A stretch of 64,000 bases of DNA from Planctomycetota bacterium (GCA_965222115.1 CBDCTJ010000007.1:288001-352000), one strand, 5' to 3'; shown: positions 19,157 to 29,004, numbered from the stretch's first letter. Numbers and translations: made by a program. The notes: generated by a model not told the origin, from the sequence alone.

Positions 19157-20323
19157 TTAGGCGAAGGCGGAGATGCCGGTGAGTTCGCGGCCGATGATGA
19201 GGGTGTGGATGTCGTGGGTGCCCTCATAGGTTTTGACGCTTTCGAGATTGCACATGTGACGCATGGTTTGGTACTCGTCGGCGACGCCGTTGGCGCCTAG
19301 CATGTCGCGGCCGATGCGCGCAATTTCGAGGGCGTGATGACAGGCGTTGCGCTTGGCGAGACTCACTTGCTGCGGCGTGACTTTGCCGGCGTCCTTTAGG
19401 CGACCGAGTTGTAGGTTGAGCAGTTGCGCCTTGGTGATCTCGTTCACCATTTCGACGAGTTTGGCTTGATAGAGCTGGAAGGACGTGAGCGGTTTACCGA
19501 ACTGTTCACGCGCGCCGCCGTAGTTGAGCACTTCGTCATAGACCGCCATGGCGGCCCCCACCACGCCCCACGCAATGCCGTAGCGTGCCTGATTGAGACA
19601 ACGTAGCGGCCCGGCGAGTCCCTTGGCACCCGGTAGCAGCGCTTCCGGCCCAAGCTTTACGTCCTGCATGATGAGCTCGCTGGTGACCGAAGCGCGCAAG
19701 CTGTGTTTGCCACGTTGTTCGGGCGCGGAGAAGCCCTCGCGATCGGTGGGCACAATGAATCCGCGGATCTCACCGTCGAGTTTGGCCCACACAATCGCAA
19801 CGTCGGCCATCGAACCATTCGTGATCCACATCTTGGCGCCACTGAGGACGTAACCGTCGCCATCTTTGACAGCTTTGGTTTCCATGCCACCGGGATCACT
19901 GCCGTGGTCGGGTTCCGTAAGTCCAAAACAACCTACAATCGTGCCCGCGTGCATACCGGGCAAGTACTTGGCCTTTTGTTCATCCGTGCCGTAACGCCAG
20001 ATGGGAAACATGACCAGCGCACCCTGCACACTTACGAAACTGCGCAATCCCGAATCCCCGCGTTCAAGTTCCTGCATCACAAGGCCATAGGCGACGCTGC
20101 TCAGACCCGGAAAATCGGGGTAGTCGAGGTTGCCACCGAGCGTGCCCAGTTCGGCGATCTCAGGAATGACTTCCTTGGGAAAGTAGCCATCGCGATAGGC
20201 CTTCTCCACCAAAGGCAGATACCGATCCGATACCCACTCACGCACAGCATCACGTACCATGCGTTCTTCTTCGCTAAGCAGCGAGTCAAGATTCATGAAG
20301 TCGGGGGATTGGAATCGCGCCAT
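19157..20323 (-). CDS. gcdH: Glutaryl-CoA dehydrogenase-like acyl-CoA dehydrogenase
   Basis: ELERGDSGLRS, GCFGLTEPDHGSDP, GAKMWITN, CLNQARYGIAWG, REQFGKPL, MCNLESVKTYEGTHDIH. Confidence 0.88.
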   Translation of the reverse strand: MARFQSPDFMNLDSLLSEEERMVRDAVREWVSDRYLPLVEKAYRDGYFPKEVIPEIAELGTLGGNLDYPDFPGLSSVAYGLVMQELERGDSGLRSFVSVQGALVMFPIWRYGTDEQKAKYLPGMHAGTIVGCFGLTEPDHGSDPGGMETKAVKDGDGYVLSGAKMWITNGSMADVAIVWAKLDGEIRGFIVPTDREGFSAPEQRGKHSLRASVTSELIMQDVKLGPEALLPGAKGLAGPLRCLNQARYGIAWGVVGAAMAVYDEVLNYGGAREQFGKPLTSFQLYQAKLVEMVNEITKAQLLNLQLGRLKDAGKVTPQQVSLAKRNACHHALEIARIGRDMLGANGVADEYQTMRHMCNLESVKTYEGTHDIHTLIIGRELTGISAFA

Positions 20324-20419
20324 GGTTCACCTCGTCGCCGGTTGAAACAAGCGGCGCGAAAAGCCTACACCACTGGCTCGTTCTCGGCTCGCCTTGGCGA
20401 TGTGATTCCGACGGCCGGA

Positions 20420-20776
20420 CTATCGCCGACGTCGTCCGCGTCGATTGGGTGCAGTACCAAGCGTGGAAAGCAAGTCTTTCTGTACGAAGTGCATCTCCGT
20501 GACGCCCACGCGCACAACATCGCCATCTCGCAGTCGATAGTGCACGTTGGGTTGCGGCGGAAGGCGCTTACCGTTGAGCCGCGTCCCGTTGGTGGAGGCG
20601 AGGTCCTGCAAGTAGTAGACGCCGGCTTCCTGTGAGATCCTGAAGTGTTGGCGCGAAGTCTTGGGATCTTCCAGCAGAAAGTCGGCGTCTACATCACGTC
20701 CTACAACGCATGCCCCGGTACCGAGCGTGTGGTCGCGCCCAACGCCCACCCCGGTCTTGATGACGAGCCGTGGCAT
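20420..20776 (-). CDS. Stand-alone FHA domain protein
   Basis: VGR, SRQH, DLASTNGT and LRDGDVV FHA motifs; AAGGAG RBS; basic C-terminal tail. Confidence 0.9.
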   Translation of the reverse strand: MPRLVIKTGVGVGRDHTLGTGACVVGRDVDADFLLEDPKTSRQHFRISQEAGVYYLQDLASTNGTRLNGKRLPPQPNVHYRLRDGDVVRVGVTEMHFVQKDLLSTLGTAPNRRGRRRR

Positions 20777-20876
20777 GTCGTACTCCTTTTTTGCTTGGTG
20801 CTCGCGCCCTGCCCGGGGCTCCTTCGGCTCCTCCTAGCTCGAACAGTCTAGCGAAGTCGTCCGACTCCCGCTTGAG

Positions 20877-23540
20877 TCAACGCCCAGCAGCCTCCACGGC
20901 CGCCTCCCTCTGCAATTTTCGAGTCTCGCGAATGGCCTCAAGCGCCTTTCGGGCCGAATCTCGAACGCGAATGTCGAGCGACGAGAGCAACTTCTTGAGG
21001 TCCGGCACCAAATCGTCGTGACCAAGCGAGGAAGCAAGGCGAATCCCTTCCTGCACGGTCTTTGGAGTACTCATTTCAAGAAGTGTACGCGCCAAGGGAA
21101 TGAGCTCCGGACCTGGCTCTCTTATCACCATGAGCTGACTCAGTCGAATGAGCGCGGGCGCGTGGGCTGGCTGATGCTCGATCTCATATGCCAGGCAGGA
21201 CTGAAAATCTGACACGGCCAAAAGTCTCGCAACGTGGCTCGCTGGATGCAAGGTCATGAGTGCTGAGCGCCGAAGTGAAGCATCCTCACTTGTAATCAGG
21301 GACTTCATTACTTCTTTGGCGACATTTTGACGAACCAGCCGGCGCCCAATGAGATCCGCTATCCCCCGATTGAATACGCGCTTTTCAAACACCGCATCAC
21401 GTACGGCGCCTTCAAGCTGTTCCGTACTTACGTTGGGGTTGTTCGAATTCGAGATATTTTTTGTAAACTCTGGATGACTAGCAAGCCACCGTTGAGGCGG
21501 AAACAATGCGGAGTTGTTCGGCACGTGGTAAGAAATATTCGAGGTTCCCGCTTCATCAAGATGCGAGAGGATAAACTCTGCTGCGATCTTGGGCGTAATC
21601 GGCGATTCCATAACACTCAAATTGCTGCCGACTGGCCTCATTGAAATATTTAGTGCGCGCTGCAGAACGAGATATCTGGACTTCTTCGACAACTTAGACC
21701 AATGCTTCCTAGCGAGCGACAACGACTTGGGAGCGACTACAGTCGTCTTGCCGTGGGTATGGACCTGTCCATCCTGCAGTAGAATGGTCTTTACGGTTTG
21801 ATCGCCCTCCTCGATCAATGCCAGCCATTCCGCCGACAATTCATCGGCAGGAACAGCCTTGAGCGCAAGCAATAGGGGGACGTGAAGTGGATTCGCGTCA
21901 CCGTGCGTCACGTCCTTCATATACGCGCGGATTTGCGTCAGCCATTCGCGCGCGACGACTACTTCCATGTCTCGTTGGCCGATCGATCGTAGGTTGTAGA
22001 GACGAGCCCACTCCCCCAAAGTCGTGTTGCCCACTCTCCGCGCTGCACCCAATCCCGCCATGAACACCCTTACGTCTCGGGGTGCATTTAGCGTTGGTTG
22101 AAAGTAGGAGTCCCCATTCCCCAGGTCGCGATTGTGCGGCGGAATGACGAGCCTGTTCCTTGCGAAGTGACGCTTACCCGAAGCCATCCACGCAGCAAGA
22201 TCGATCGATTCGACCTCTGGAAACTTGCGCACCGCCTCCCAGAGCAGGGAATTCGCCATCTTCTGGCTCTCCTGCCGAAACACGTGCTTGAGATCATCCT
22301 TTGTTACCCCATCAACATAGCGCCGAACTACGCTTACGGTTTCCGCCAACGAGGTGTCATCCCCCGTGCGGCTACTCAATACTCGCTGGAAAGCGACGAG
22401 CACGGGCATCAAGCTGTGCGCACGCATGGACCCGACGTCTACCTCGCAGAATTTGAGTACGTCTTGCCAGGTGGACTGCAACATTTCAATCGCAGTCTTT
22501 CGCGCTAACACCGACGCCTTTGCGGAACTATCATGTGGACCCTGGGCTTTCATGATCGAGTCGACAAATTCTCGAAGGAGAGTGGCTGCGACTTCTTGGT
22601 CTTTGTCCGTTAGGTGCCGTGGCAACTGATTTGCGGCGATGCCCTTTAGATTCTCTTCGCCAGATCGGTACCAGCGCAGCATCTCTTCGCGTTGTTCACT
22701 GCTCTTGAGTTTCGCGATATGCTGAAACGCGACACTTGGCTTCCCGCCAAGCTCTAGAAACTTCCTACTCATCTCCAATGACATGTTCTTTACGAGCTGG
22801 AACGAGTTCAACGCGGGTGAACCCAGACTCTTCAGCCGCTGAAACATGGCCTCATTGCGACCAGGAGAACGCCTCAAGTAGTTCTGCACATCTAACCGCC
22901 AAGGCTGCGCGGGTACGCCAATATCTGACTCGTAAAGCTCTGCCATACCATCCACGTTCATACGACAGAGCAGGCGATACGCATGCTGACGCAACTTGAG
23001 ATCACGATGTTTAAGGAGCCTTCGAAGTGTTACGATCGATGCCTCGCCACCGACCTCAATTAGGCGATACACGCCCGCAAGTCCTTTGCCATCTGCTCTA
23101 TGAGCAAGGGCTCCGGGATCCAGAGGCGCCAAAATCGTAATCATGTCTTCCGTCGTACGTCCGCTCGCGCTTCCGGTGGACGAACGAGACACACCCTTCA
23201 AATAATGCGTCGCCCTCGTGCGCAACGCTTCCGACAATGTCGTATCGCTTACAAGCTCTCGTAACTGCGTCGCACCCTCGTCACTGCGTCCGAGCAACAC
23301 CGTACAGACAGCGAATCGAAAACGGGCTTCGCCGCGGATCTTCGTTGGTGCCGCGTCGTCGTTCATGAGCGCCAGATACGCAACGGCAGCCTCTTTGACC
23401 TTGCCCTCAATCACTTCCTGGACATAGGCTTGGTGAAAGCGCGCCGCGGCGTCGGGTTGCGCGTCTTTGGCTTCGACGAATGAATTCGAGAGTAGTACGA
23501 CAGACATGAGCGCTGCAAGAGACGTGGTTCGAATCAACAT
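20877..23540 (-). CDS. Large secreted helical-repeat protein (TPR-like N-terminus, HEAT-like C-terminus), function unknown
   Basis: 887-aa ORF with GGAG RBS and signal peptide (..VEA|KD); N-terminal helical pair; C-terminal LVPDLKKLLSSLDIRVRDSARKALEAI HEAT-like motif. Confidence 0.7.
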   Translation of the reverse strand: MLIRTTSLAALMSVVLLSNSFVEAKDAQPDAAARFHQAYVQEVIEGKVKEAAVAYLALMNDDAAPTKIRGEARFRFAVCTVLLGRSDEGATQLRELVSDTTLSEALRTRATHYLKGVSRSSTGSASGRTTEDMITILAPLDPGALAHRADGKGLAGVYRLIEVGGEASIVTLRRLLKHRDLKLRQHAYRLLCRMNVDGMAELYESDIGVPAQPWRLDVQNYLRRSPGRNEAMFQRLKSLGSPALNSFQLVKNMSLEMSRKFLELGGKPSVAFQHIAKLKSSEQREEMLRWYRSGEENLKGIAANQLPRHLTDKDQEVAATLLREFVDSIMKAQGPHDSSAKASVLARKTAIEMLQSTWQDVLKFCEVDVGSMRAHSLMPVLVAFQRVLSSRTGDDTSLAETVSVVRRYVDGVTKDDLKHVFRQESQKMANSLLWEAVRKFPEVESIDLAAWMASGKRHFARNRLVIPPHNRDLGNGDSYFQPTLNAPRDVRVFMAGLGAARRVGNTTLGEWARLYNLRSIGQRDMEVVVAREWLTQIRAYMKDVTHGDANPLHVPLLLALKAVPADELSAEWLALIEEGDQTVKTILLQDGQVHTHGKTTVVAPKSLSLARKHWSKLSKKSRYLVLQRALNISMRPVGSNLSVMESPITPKIAAEFILSHLDEAGTSNISYHVPNNSALFPPQRWLASHPEFTKNISNSNNPNVSTEQLEGAVRDAVFEKRVFNRGIADLIGRRLVRQNVAKEVMKSLITSEDASLRRSALMTLHPASHVARLLAVSDFQSCLAYEIEHQPAHAPALIRLSQLMVIREPGPELIPLARTLLEMSTPKTVQEGIRLASSLGHDDLVPDLKKLLSSLDIRVRDSARKALEAIRETRKLQREAAVEAAGR

Positions 23541-23593
23541 AGAAGTTCTCCAACGGTTCGAACACCAAGTGTCGCAACGACTTGACGATGGTT

Positions 23594-23632
23594 GTCAGCG
23601 ACCGATGAGCGCTGTGTCAGCAAGCGGTCAGC
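23594..23632. promoter_or_regulatory. Putative OmpR/PhoB-type binding site (four hexamers at 11-bp period)
   Basis: GTCAGC 23594, ATGAGC 23605, GTCAGC 23616, GTCAGC 23627; upstream of the 887-aa gene. Confidence 0.65.
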
Positions 23633-23640
23633 GCGAGACG

Positions 23641-24333
23641 TCATCGTTGAAACCGGTAACCCACGCCCCGCACGGAAATGAGGTGCTTGGGTTCACTCGG
23701 ATTGAGTTCGACCTTCTTGCGTAGTCCCACCATGGCTGTATCCACGACACGCGTGACTACGTTCTCGTCCTTCCATACGTGGCGCAGCAGGTCCGCCCGC
23801 GACATGGCGCGTCCTTCGTGACGGCTCATGATTCGCAACAGATCAAACTCGAGCGGCGTGAGCGTGATCGCCAAACCTTCGCGCGACGCGCGCATGGCGA
23901 CAAAGTCCACCACCAGTGTGCCAATGCGCAACGCTTGATCCTGACTGCGGCCCCGTTCACGATCCCACGCCCTTAGCCGCGCTTCTATTCGCGCTAACAA
24001 CTCGGCGAGTCCAAACGGTTTCACCATGTAGTCGTCGGCACCGAGCCCGAGTCCGCGCACGCGGTCGGCTTCAAGGCCCTTAGCCGTGAGAATAAGCACA
24101 GGCGTTTGCACATGATCGGCGCGGAGCCTTTCGAGCACGTCAAAGCCATCGAGGCCCGGCATCATGAGGTCCAGCACAATCAAATCCGGGTCGCGCGTAA
24201 GTCCCAACGCCAACCCTTGCTGCCCATCGGCGGCACATTCGACGCGATAGCCTTCCGACGTGAGCGCATCCTCCAACCCGCGGCGAATGGCGGCGTCGTC
24301 TTCAATGACCAAAATGGTGTGTGCTCGGGTCAA
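23641..24333 (-). CDS. OmpR/PhoB family response regulator
   Basis: IEDD, LDLMMP, LTAK, GADDYMVKPF receiver domain; LTPLEFDLL...RVVD...LRKK...VRGVGY winged helix. Confidence 0.95.
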   Translation of the reverse strand: MTRAHTILVIEDDAAIRRGLEDALTSEGYRVECAADGQQGLALGLTRDPDLIVLDLMMPGLDGFDVLERLRADHVQTPVLILTAKGLEADRVRGLGLGADDYMVKPFGLAELLARIEARLRAWDRERGRSQDQALRIGTLVVDFVAMRASREGLAITLTPLEFDLLRIMSRHEGRAMSRADLLRHVWKDENVVTRVVDTAMVGLRKKVELNPSEPKHLISVRGVGYRFQR

Positions 24334-26006
24334 TGCACCTCTCCCACGCTGCGCGGCAACTCAATCTCAAACTGAGCACCGCGACTGCTGGCCAATAGTC
24401 GAACGCGTCCATGCATCGCTGCTACAAGTTCCTCCACCAAGGCAAGTCCAAGACCCGACCCTCGGACGCCCGCATCCACATGGACCTTGCGTCGCTCGTA
24501 GCGTCGAAACACTCGTTCAGCATCAGTAGAGGGAATCCCCTCACCCTCATCGTCCACAAGCAACGCGACGGAATCGCCTCGATCGCTCCACGTCACGAGA
24601 ATGCGCGTTCCCGTTGCTGTGTATTTCGCCGCATTGTCGAGCAAGTTCGCAAGCACACGCGACAACACCGCGGCATCGGCCACCACGGTGCAGTCACGCG
24701 GCCCGTCTTGTGACACGTCGTCGGCACGATGGGGATAGGCCAGTCGCAGATCCGAGATAGCTCGTGAAACCGCGTCATCTACCCGCACCTCGACCAGCGA
24801 AAGCGGAGCCTGTTCGCCGTCCAGGCGCGATAGATCGAGCAAGTTGCCGAGCAACGCCGTCAATCGCGAAGACTCCTGCTGCAAGGTTGAAACATGACGC
24901 TGCCGCGTGGACGCGTCTGCTGCGTTTTTGGCCAACAAATCCGCGTAGAGCCGCACCGACGTCAACGGCGTTCGGAGATCGTGTGCAATCTCATTGATAA
25001 AACGCGTGCGCTGTTCATCCAATCGGCGACGGCGCTGAAACGACACGAGCAACAGCAGCGGAAGGACCGTCAAGGCGAGCGTAAACAGAATGCCGGGTAA
25101 CAACCACGGTCGAAACCGCGGCGAGTGCCACCATGAGCCGCCATTCGGCGTCGTAAACGATACATAACCCGCAATAGGCGTTGTAAGCACACCGTCCCAA
25201 AGCGCGCCGTTCGCTTTCACGAGTGGCGTCGGCGACCACGTAAGCGCTACAGGGCCTTCGCGATCTTTCGTCGTCGTGGCCATGGGCTGTAACTGGGTCG
25301 CATCGATACAGACGATCATCGGGCGCGCCGCTCCGGCGCTGAGCACAACCGCATCCGACAGTGGCGTGCTTCCCACGGGTGTCTCCCCCGACGAGAATGC
25401 ACGGTGCGCTTCCATTTCCGATAATGCGCGCAACAGCGACAGTACCGGCTTGAGATTTCGCTCTGTCGTTCCAGCGTGTTGCCAGCGAGTCGTCACAAAC
25501 AGCTTCGTCGATACGGCCAAGGGCGCGCGTGCAAGTCGCTCTACATTCGCGTCACGCAATAAAACGGCCAGCTCACGGGTCTCTTCATCTACGTCGCCCG
25601 CAACCACAGGCGGGGTACCGTGCTCGATACGCGCGAGCACCGTGTCGTCTTGAAGCGAGGGGAGCGTCATTCCAGTTGGCAGGCCATCGCCGAATCGCCA
25701 TGTCGCAGGCAGACTTGCCTCGGCACCGACCACAACACCTTCCATGCGTGGGTGTGAAAACGTCACTCGCTGCGTCTCGTCCTCATGCTCGCGGAGCAGA
25801 CGTTCATAGTGGTCGAGGGCGTGCGCGCGTATTGAGGCGGCCTTCCCGCCGGGCGAGAGCCATTCGCGAGCCAACCGTGTGCCGTGCTGGCGATAGTTGT
25901 TGCACTCGGCCGCATGCGTGCGATAGGCCCATACCATCAGTGCCACCAGCACCGCGGTGGGCAGCAAAATCACGGGAATCAGCAGCCACTCGACCTTACT
26001 ACGCAC
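24330..26006 (-). CDS. Sensor histidine kinase
   Basis: Two TM segments around a periplasmic domain; H-box AHDLRTPL, NLLDNAAKY, DEGEGI and GSGLGL boxes. Confidence 0.93.
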   Translation of the reverse strand: MRSKVEWLLIPVILLPTAVLVALMVWAYRTHAAECNNYRQHGTRLAREWLSPGGKAASIRAHALDHYERLLREHEDETQRVTFSHPRMEGVVVGAEASLPATWRFGDGLPTGMTLPSLQDDTVLARIEHGTPPVVAGDVDEETRELAVLLRDANVERLARAPLAVSTKLFVTTRWQHAGTTERNLKPVLSLLRALSEMEAHRAFSSGETPVGSTPLSDAVVLSAGAARPMIVCIDATQLQPMATTTKDREGPVALTWSPTPLVKANGALWDGVLTTPIAGYVSFTTPNGGSWWHSPRFRPWLLPGILFTLALTVLPLLLLVSFQRRRRLDEQRTRFINEIAHDLRTPLTSVRLYADLLAKNAADASTRQRHVSTLQQESSRLTALLGNLLDLSRLDGEQAPLSLVEVRVDDAVSRAISDLRLAYPHRADDVSQDGPRDCTVVADAAVLSRVLANLLDNAAKYTATGTRILVTWSDRGDSVALLVDDEGEGIPSTDAERVFRRYERRKVHVDAGVRGSGLGLALVEELVAAMHGRVRLLASSRGAQFEIELPRSVGEVH

Positions 26007-26035
26007 GCCCCAAGGGTAGCGCGCGCGCCTTGAGG

Positions 26036-26054
26036 TGTGTCAGCGCTCGGTCAG
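26036..26054. promoter_or_regulatory. Second copy of the putative response-regulator box
   Basis: TGTGTCAGCgctCGGTCAG matches TGTGTCAGCaagCGGTCAG at 23613-23631 (16/19); about 30 bp upstream of the kinase start. Confidence 0.62.
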
Positions 26055-26159
26055 GGACTCGACAATAGTCACAAACGACGCGGGGCCCGTCGGGTGTCGT
26101 AGGCTTCGGGTCGGTCGCGCGGATCTCTTCCATCTGTCGACCTGTGACGGGAGTCAATC

Positions 26160-26918
26160 ATGTGCGCAACCAATTCAAAGGGGCCTCAGTGGCATCCTGC
26201 CACCGTGAGTGAATCGATTCGCGAGACCTCAAAAGACACGACGCTGCTTCTGTCCGCAGCGCACGCATTGGACGACAAGGCGTTCTTACCGGGCAACTTC
26301 ATCCAGCTGCGCGACTCGTCCAAGAAACTCGAGTCGGGACGCAACATGTCGGCCGCCTACTCGCTTTCGGGTTGCCCGGTTACCGACGACGGTCACACAA
26401 CGTATCGCGTGACCATCCGGCGCACGGGCGAACGCGGCATGTACTTTCATGACCTTGCGGAGGGCGCAACGATCGACGTCACCAAACCTGCGGGCAAGTT
26501 CGTTCTGGACGTCTCACACGATCAACGGCTGTACTTGCTGGCGGGTGGTTCGGGCGTGGCGCCGTTTCGTTGTTTTGTCGAGTGGTTAGCGCAACAACAA
26601 GATGCTCCCAAAGCAGTACACATCTTCCACTCTGCCAAAGATGTGGATGGTCTCGTGTTTCGTCGTGAGTTCATGATATGGGCCGGCAAGCATTCGTGGC
26701 TTCATTACCACGCAACGTGTACCGGGACATCGAGCGCGCCCCTCGACGATTCCATAGAATCAGGTCGCTGGAATCAGTCTCGCGTAGCGCAGCATCTTGA
26801 CGACCCCGCTTCAGCGGTTGTTTATGCGTGTGGACCGGGCGGTCTTGTAGATAGCGCCATGACGTGGGCTAAGGCGCTTGGTGTTCCGGACGCGCAGCGT
26901 CGCCGGGAACAGTGGTAA
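26160..26918 (+). CDS. FAD/NAD(P)-binding oxidoreductase (ferredoxin-NADP reductase family)
   Basis: PGNFI, AYSLSG, PAGKF, LAGGSGVAPF and YACGPGG motifs; ends REQW. Confidence 0.87.
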   Translation: MCATNSKGPQWHPATVSESIRETSKDTTLLLSAAHALDDKAFLPGNFIQLRDSSKKLESGRNMSAAYSLSGCPVTDDGHTTYRVTIRRTGERGMYFHDLAEGATIDVTKPAGKFVLDVSHDQRLYLLAGGSGVAPFRCFVEWLAQQQDAPKAVHIFHSAKDVDGLVFRREFMIWAGKHSWLHYHATCTGTSSAPLDDSIESGRWNQSRVAQHLDDPASAVVYACGPGGLVDSAMTWAKALGVPDAQRRREQW

Positions 26919-26954
26919 CAACTCGTGTCAGTGGTCAGCGAAGAGGACCCGGAA

Positions 26955-27839
26955 ATGAATCGAACTCTACATCGCTTGAGTATGGCCGCGCTGCTGCTCG
27001 CCATTGGGCTGAGCGTGTTTGCCGTGTACCCAATGAGCTACGCGGGTGATCCGCAGGATGAGCGCCGCGAGATCCTCGGACTCATCAGTCCCCGCGCCGG
27101 TGAGACCATTTGCGACTTGGGTTGTGGCGAAGGCACGTGGACCTTTGAACTGGCTCGCGCGGTTGGCATGCATGGACGAGTGTTCGCCGTAGACATCGAC
27201 CGTCGTCGACTCGACAAGTTGCGCGTAAAGCAGGAAAAAGAAGGACTTGAGAACATCAAGGTCATCCAGTCGCAACCCGATAACCCGATGTTGCCCAAAA
27301 ACGAAATGGACGCGGTCTTCCTCAACGATGTAATCGACGTGGTGGAACGCCGGGCACTGGCCGGCTTCCTGGCCGGGATTCGCGCATCACTGAAACCCAG
27401 TGGCCGCTTGATCATTCGTGATCCCAACGGCGATCCCGCACGCGTCATTGCCGAGTGTTACCGCGCAGGCTTTAGTTTGGCGGAGGCCAAGATCCCGCTC
27501 AAGACCGCAACGTCGAAGAGCTTCGCGAATGATTGGTATGCGCTCAAACTGCGTGTTGCGGAGCGCCCGCCCCACGCGTTACTTCCGCGACTCGGGCAAC
27601 CTGCTCGCTACCGAACTCGCTTGCATCTCGCCGAGGAGCTCTTTCGCGACGGACTGTTGTCGCGCGAAGAACTTCGCGGGCGCTGGGAGGCGATCCAAAA
27701 CACGGGCGGCTCGTTTGATCCACTCGTGGATGAAGCACGCGACCTGATTCGCGCGGCGGAATCGCTCGGCGTCGTGGATTCGACGTTCGCTGACGCTATG
27801 CGAAAACGTGTCGACGAGCGGAAAACGGCGACGAAGTAG
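26955..27839 (+). CDS. Class I SAM-dependent methyltransferase with signal peptide and C-terminal extension
   Basis: GETICDLGCGEG motif I, VFAVDID, LKPSGRLII; hydrophobic N-terminus ending SYA; GAGG before ATG 26955. Confidence 0.82.
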   Translation: MNRTLHRLSMAALLLAIGLSVFAVYPMSYAGDPQDERREILGLISPRAGETICDLGCGEGTWTFELARAVGMHGRVFAVDIDRRRLDKLRVKQEKEGLENIKVIQSQPDNPMLPKNEMDAVFLNDVIDVVERRALAGFLAGIRASLKPSGRLIIRDPNGDPARVIAECYRAGFSLAEAKIPLKTATSKSFANDWYALKLRVAERPPHALLPRLGQPARYRTRLHLAEELFRDGLLSREELRGRWEAIQNTGGSFDPLVDEARDLIRAAESLGVVDSTFADAMRKRVDERKTATK

Positions 27840-27965
27840 CGTCAAACGGGGGTCCGCAGTCGGGAGGCAGGCCTTCGAGTTGGCGCTACCCTAGGGGATC
27901 CGCGGCGCGGTCGCGCGCCCCACCATGGAGACCCTCCGATGCTTTCGATTTCCCCACGTCGATTC

Positions 27966-28976
27966 ATGAACGCACGACTTGCTCTCACAGCCCTGCTCGG
28001 AACCACGCTCACTCTTACGACCGGGTGCTTGGAAAGCATGGAGCACATTACGTTGCAACCCGATGGCTCCGGCACCGTCACGCTCACGGTCAACGTCGAC
28101 AATGCCAAGGCCCAACAGCTCAAGGAAATGATGGAAGCATTCAAGAGCATGCAGGGCCAAGGAGGCATGGGCGGCGGCATGGGCGGTATGGGCGGCGCAA
28201 TGCCCGACATGGATGGCATCAATAGCCTCATGAGCGACTTGCATCCGTCTTCGATCATTGCCAAAGTGAAGGGCAAGAAGGGGCTCAAGGTCATCGAGCA
28301 CTCGAGCAAAACTGACAAAGAAAAGGGAAAGACACACCACCGCGTGGTGATTGGTTTCGACAAGCTCCAGAGCTTCTATGGCGCGGGCATCGTTGAGAAC
28401 ATCAAGATGGCACTGAAGAAGAACGAGGATGGGTCATACACGCTCACGCGCTCGGTAGCCATGCCAGGCATGAACGAAGAGCAACTCGCCACCAAGGAAG
28501 GCAAAGAGATGCTCGAAGCCGGCAAAGGCATCACGGGCTTTGCAGGAGACGCGCTCAAGGGATTTCAGTTGTCGTTCGCCTTCGAGGCGCCGGGTAAGAT
28601 CTCCAAGACCAATGGCACGCGCGCGGAATCTGGTAATGGCGCGGGATGGGCGATTGACCTCAAATCAATGTTCGAACCCGCCAACTGGAAACAGGAAGCA
28701 ACGTTTAGCGGCACTGGCCTAAAACTTGAGCCCTTTACACTGACGGCCGAGCAGATCAAGAAGGCCGCCGACGAGGCACGCAAGGCAGCCAAGGCCGCGG
28801 CAGACGAAGCAGCTAAGGCAGCAAAGAAGGCCACCGAGGAAGCCGCGAAAGCGACCGACGAGGCCAAGAAGGCATCCGACGAAGCGGCAAAGGCAGCAGA
28901 AGACGCCAAGAAAGCAGCAAAGGAAGCCGAAGAAGCTGCGAAGAAGCTCAAGGACGCACTCGCGCCGGGTAAGTAG
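27966..28976 (+). CDS. Lipoprotein with Gly/Met-rich insert and Ala/Lys/Glu-rich C-terminal helix
   Basis: Lipobox LTTGC; ITLQPDGSG and PGKISKTNG motifs (LppM-like, tentative); C-terminal AADEAxKAAK repeats. Confidence 0.75.
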   Translation: MNARLALTALLGTTLTLTTGCLESMEHITLQPDGSGTVTLTVNVDNAKAQQLKEMMEAFKSMQGQGGMGGGMGGMGGAMPDMDGINSLMSDLHPSSIIAKVKGKKGLKVIEHSSKTDKEKGKTHHRVVIGFDKLQSFYGAGIVENIKMALKKNEDGSYTLTRSVAMPGMNEEQLATKEGKEMLEAGKGITGFAGDALKGFQLSFAFEAPGKISKTNGTRAESGNGAGWAIDLKSMFEPANWKQEATFSGTGLKLEPFTLTAEQIKKAADEARKAAKAAADEAAKAAKKATEEAAKATDEAKKASDEAAKAAEDAKKAAKEAEEAAKKLKDALAPGK

Positions 28977-29004
28977 CGTCCCTACGACGTAGGAGCGAAC
29001 GGCG

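Noticed and set aside
26925-26940. Third copy of the response-regulator box (GTGTCAGTGGTCAGCG)
   Set aside because: The half-sites are closer than the 11-bp period, and it lies in a short intra-operon gap.
28977-29004. Hairpin CCTACG-A-CGTAGG as a terminator
   Set aside because: Short stem, no U-tract, and it overlaps the next gene's AGGAG RBS; too weak to call.
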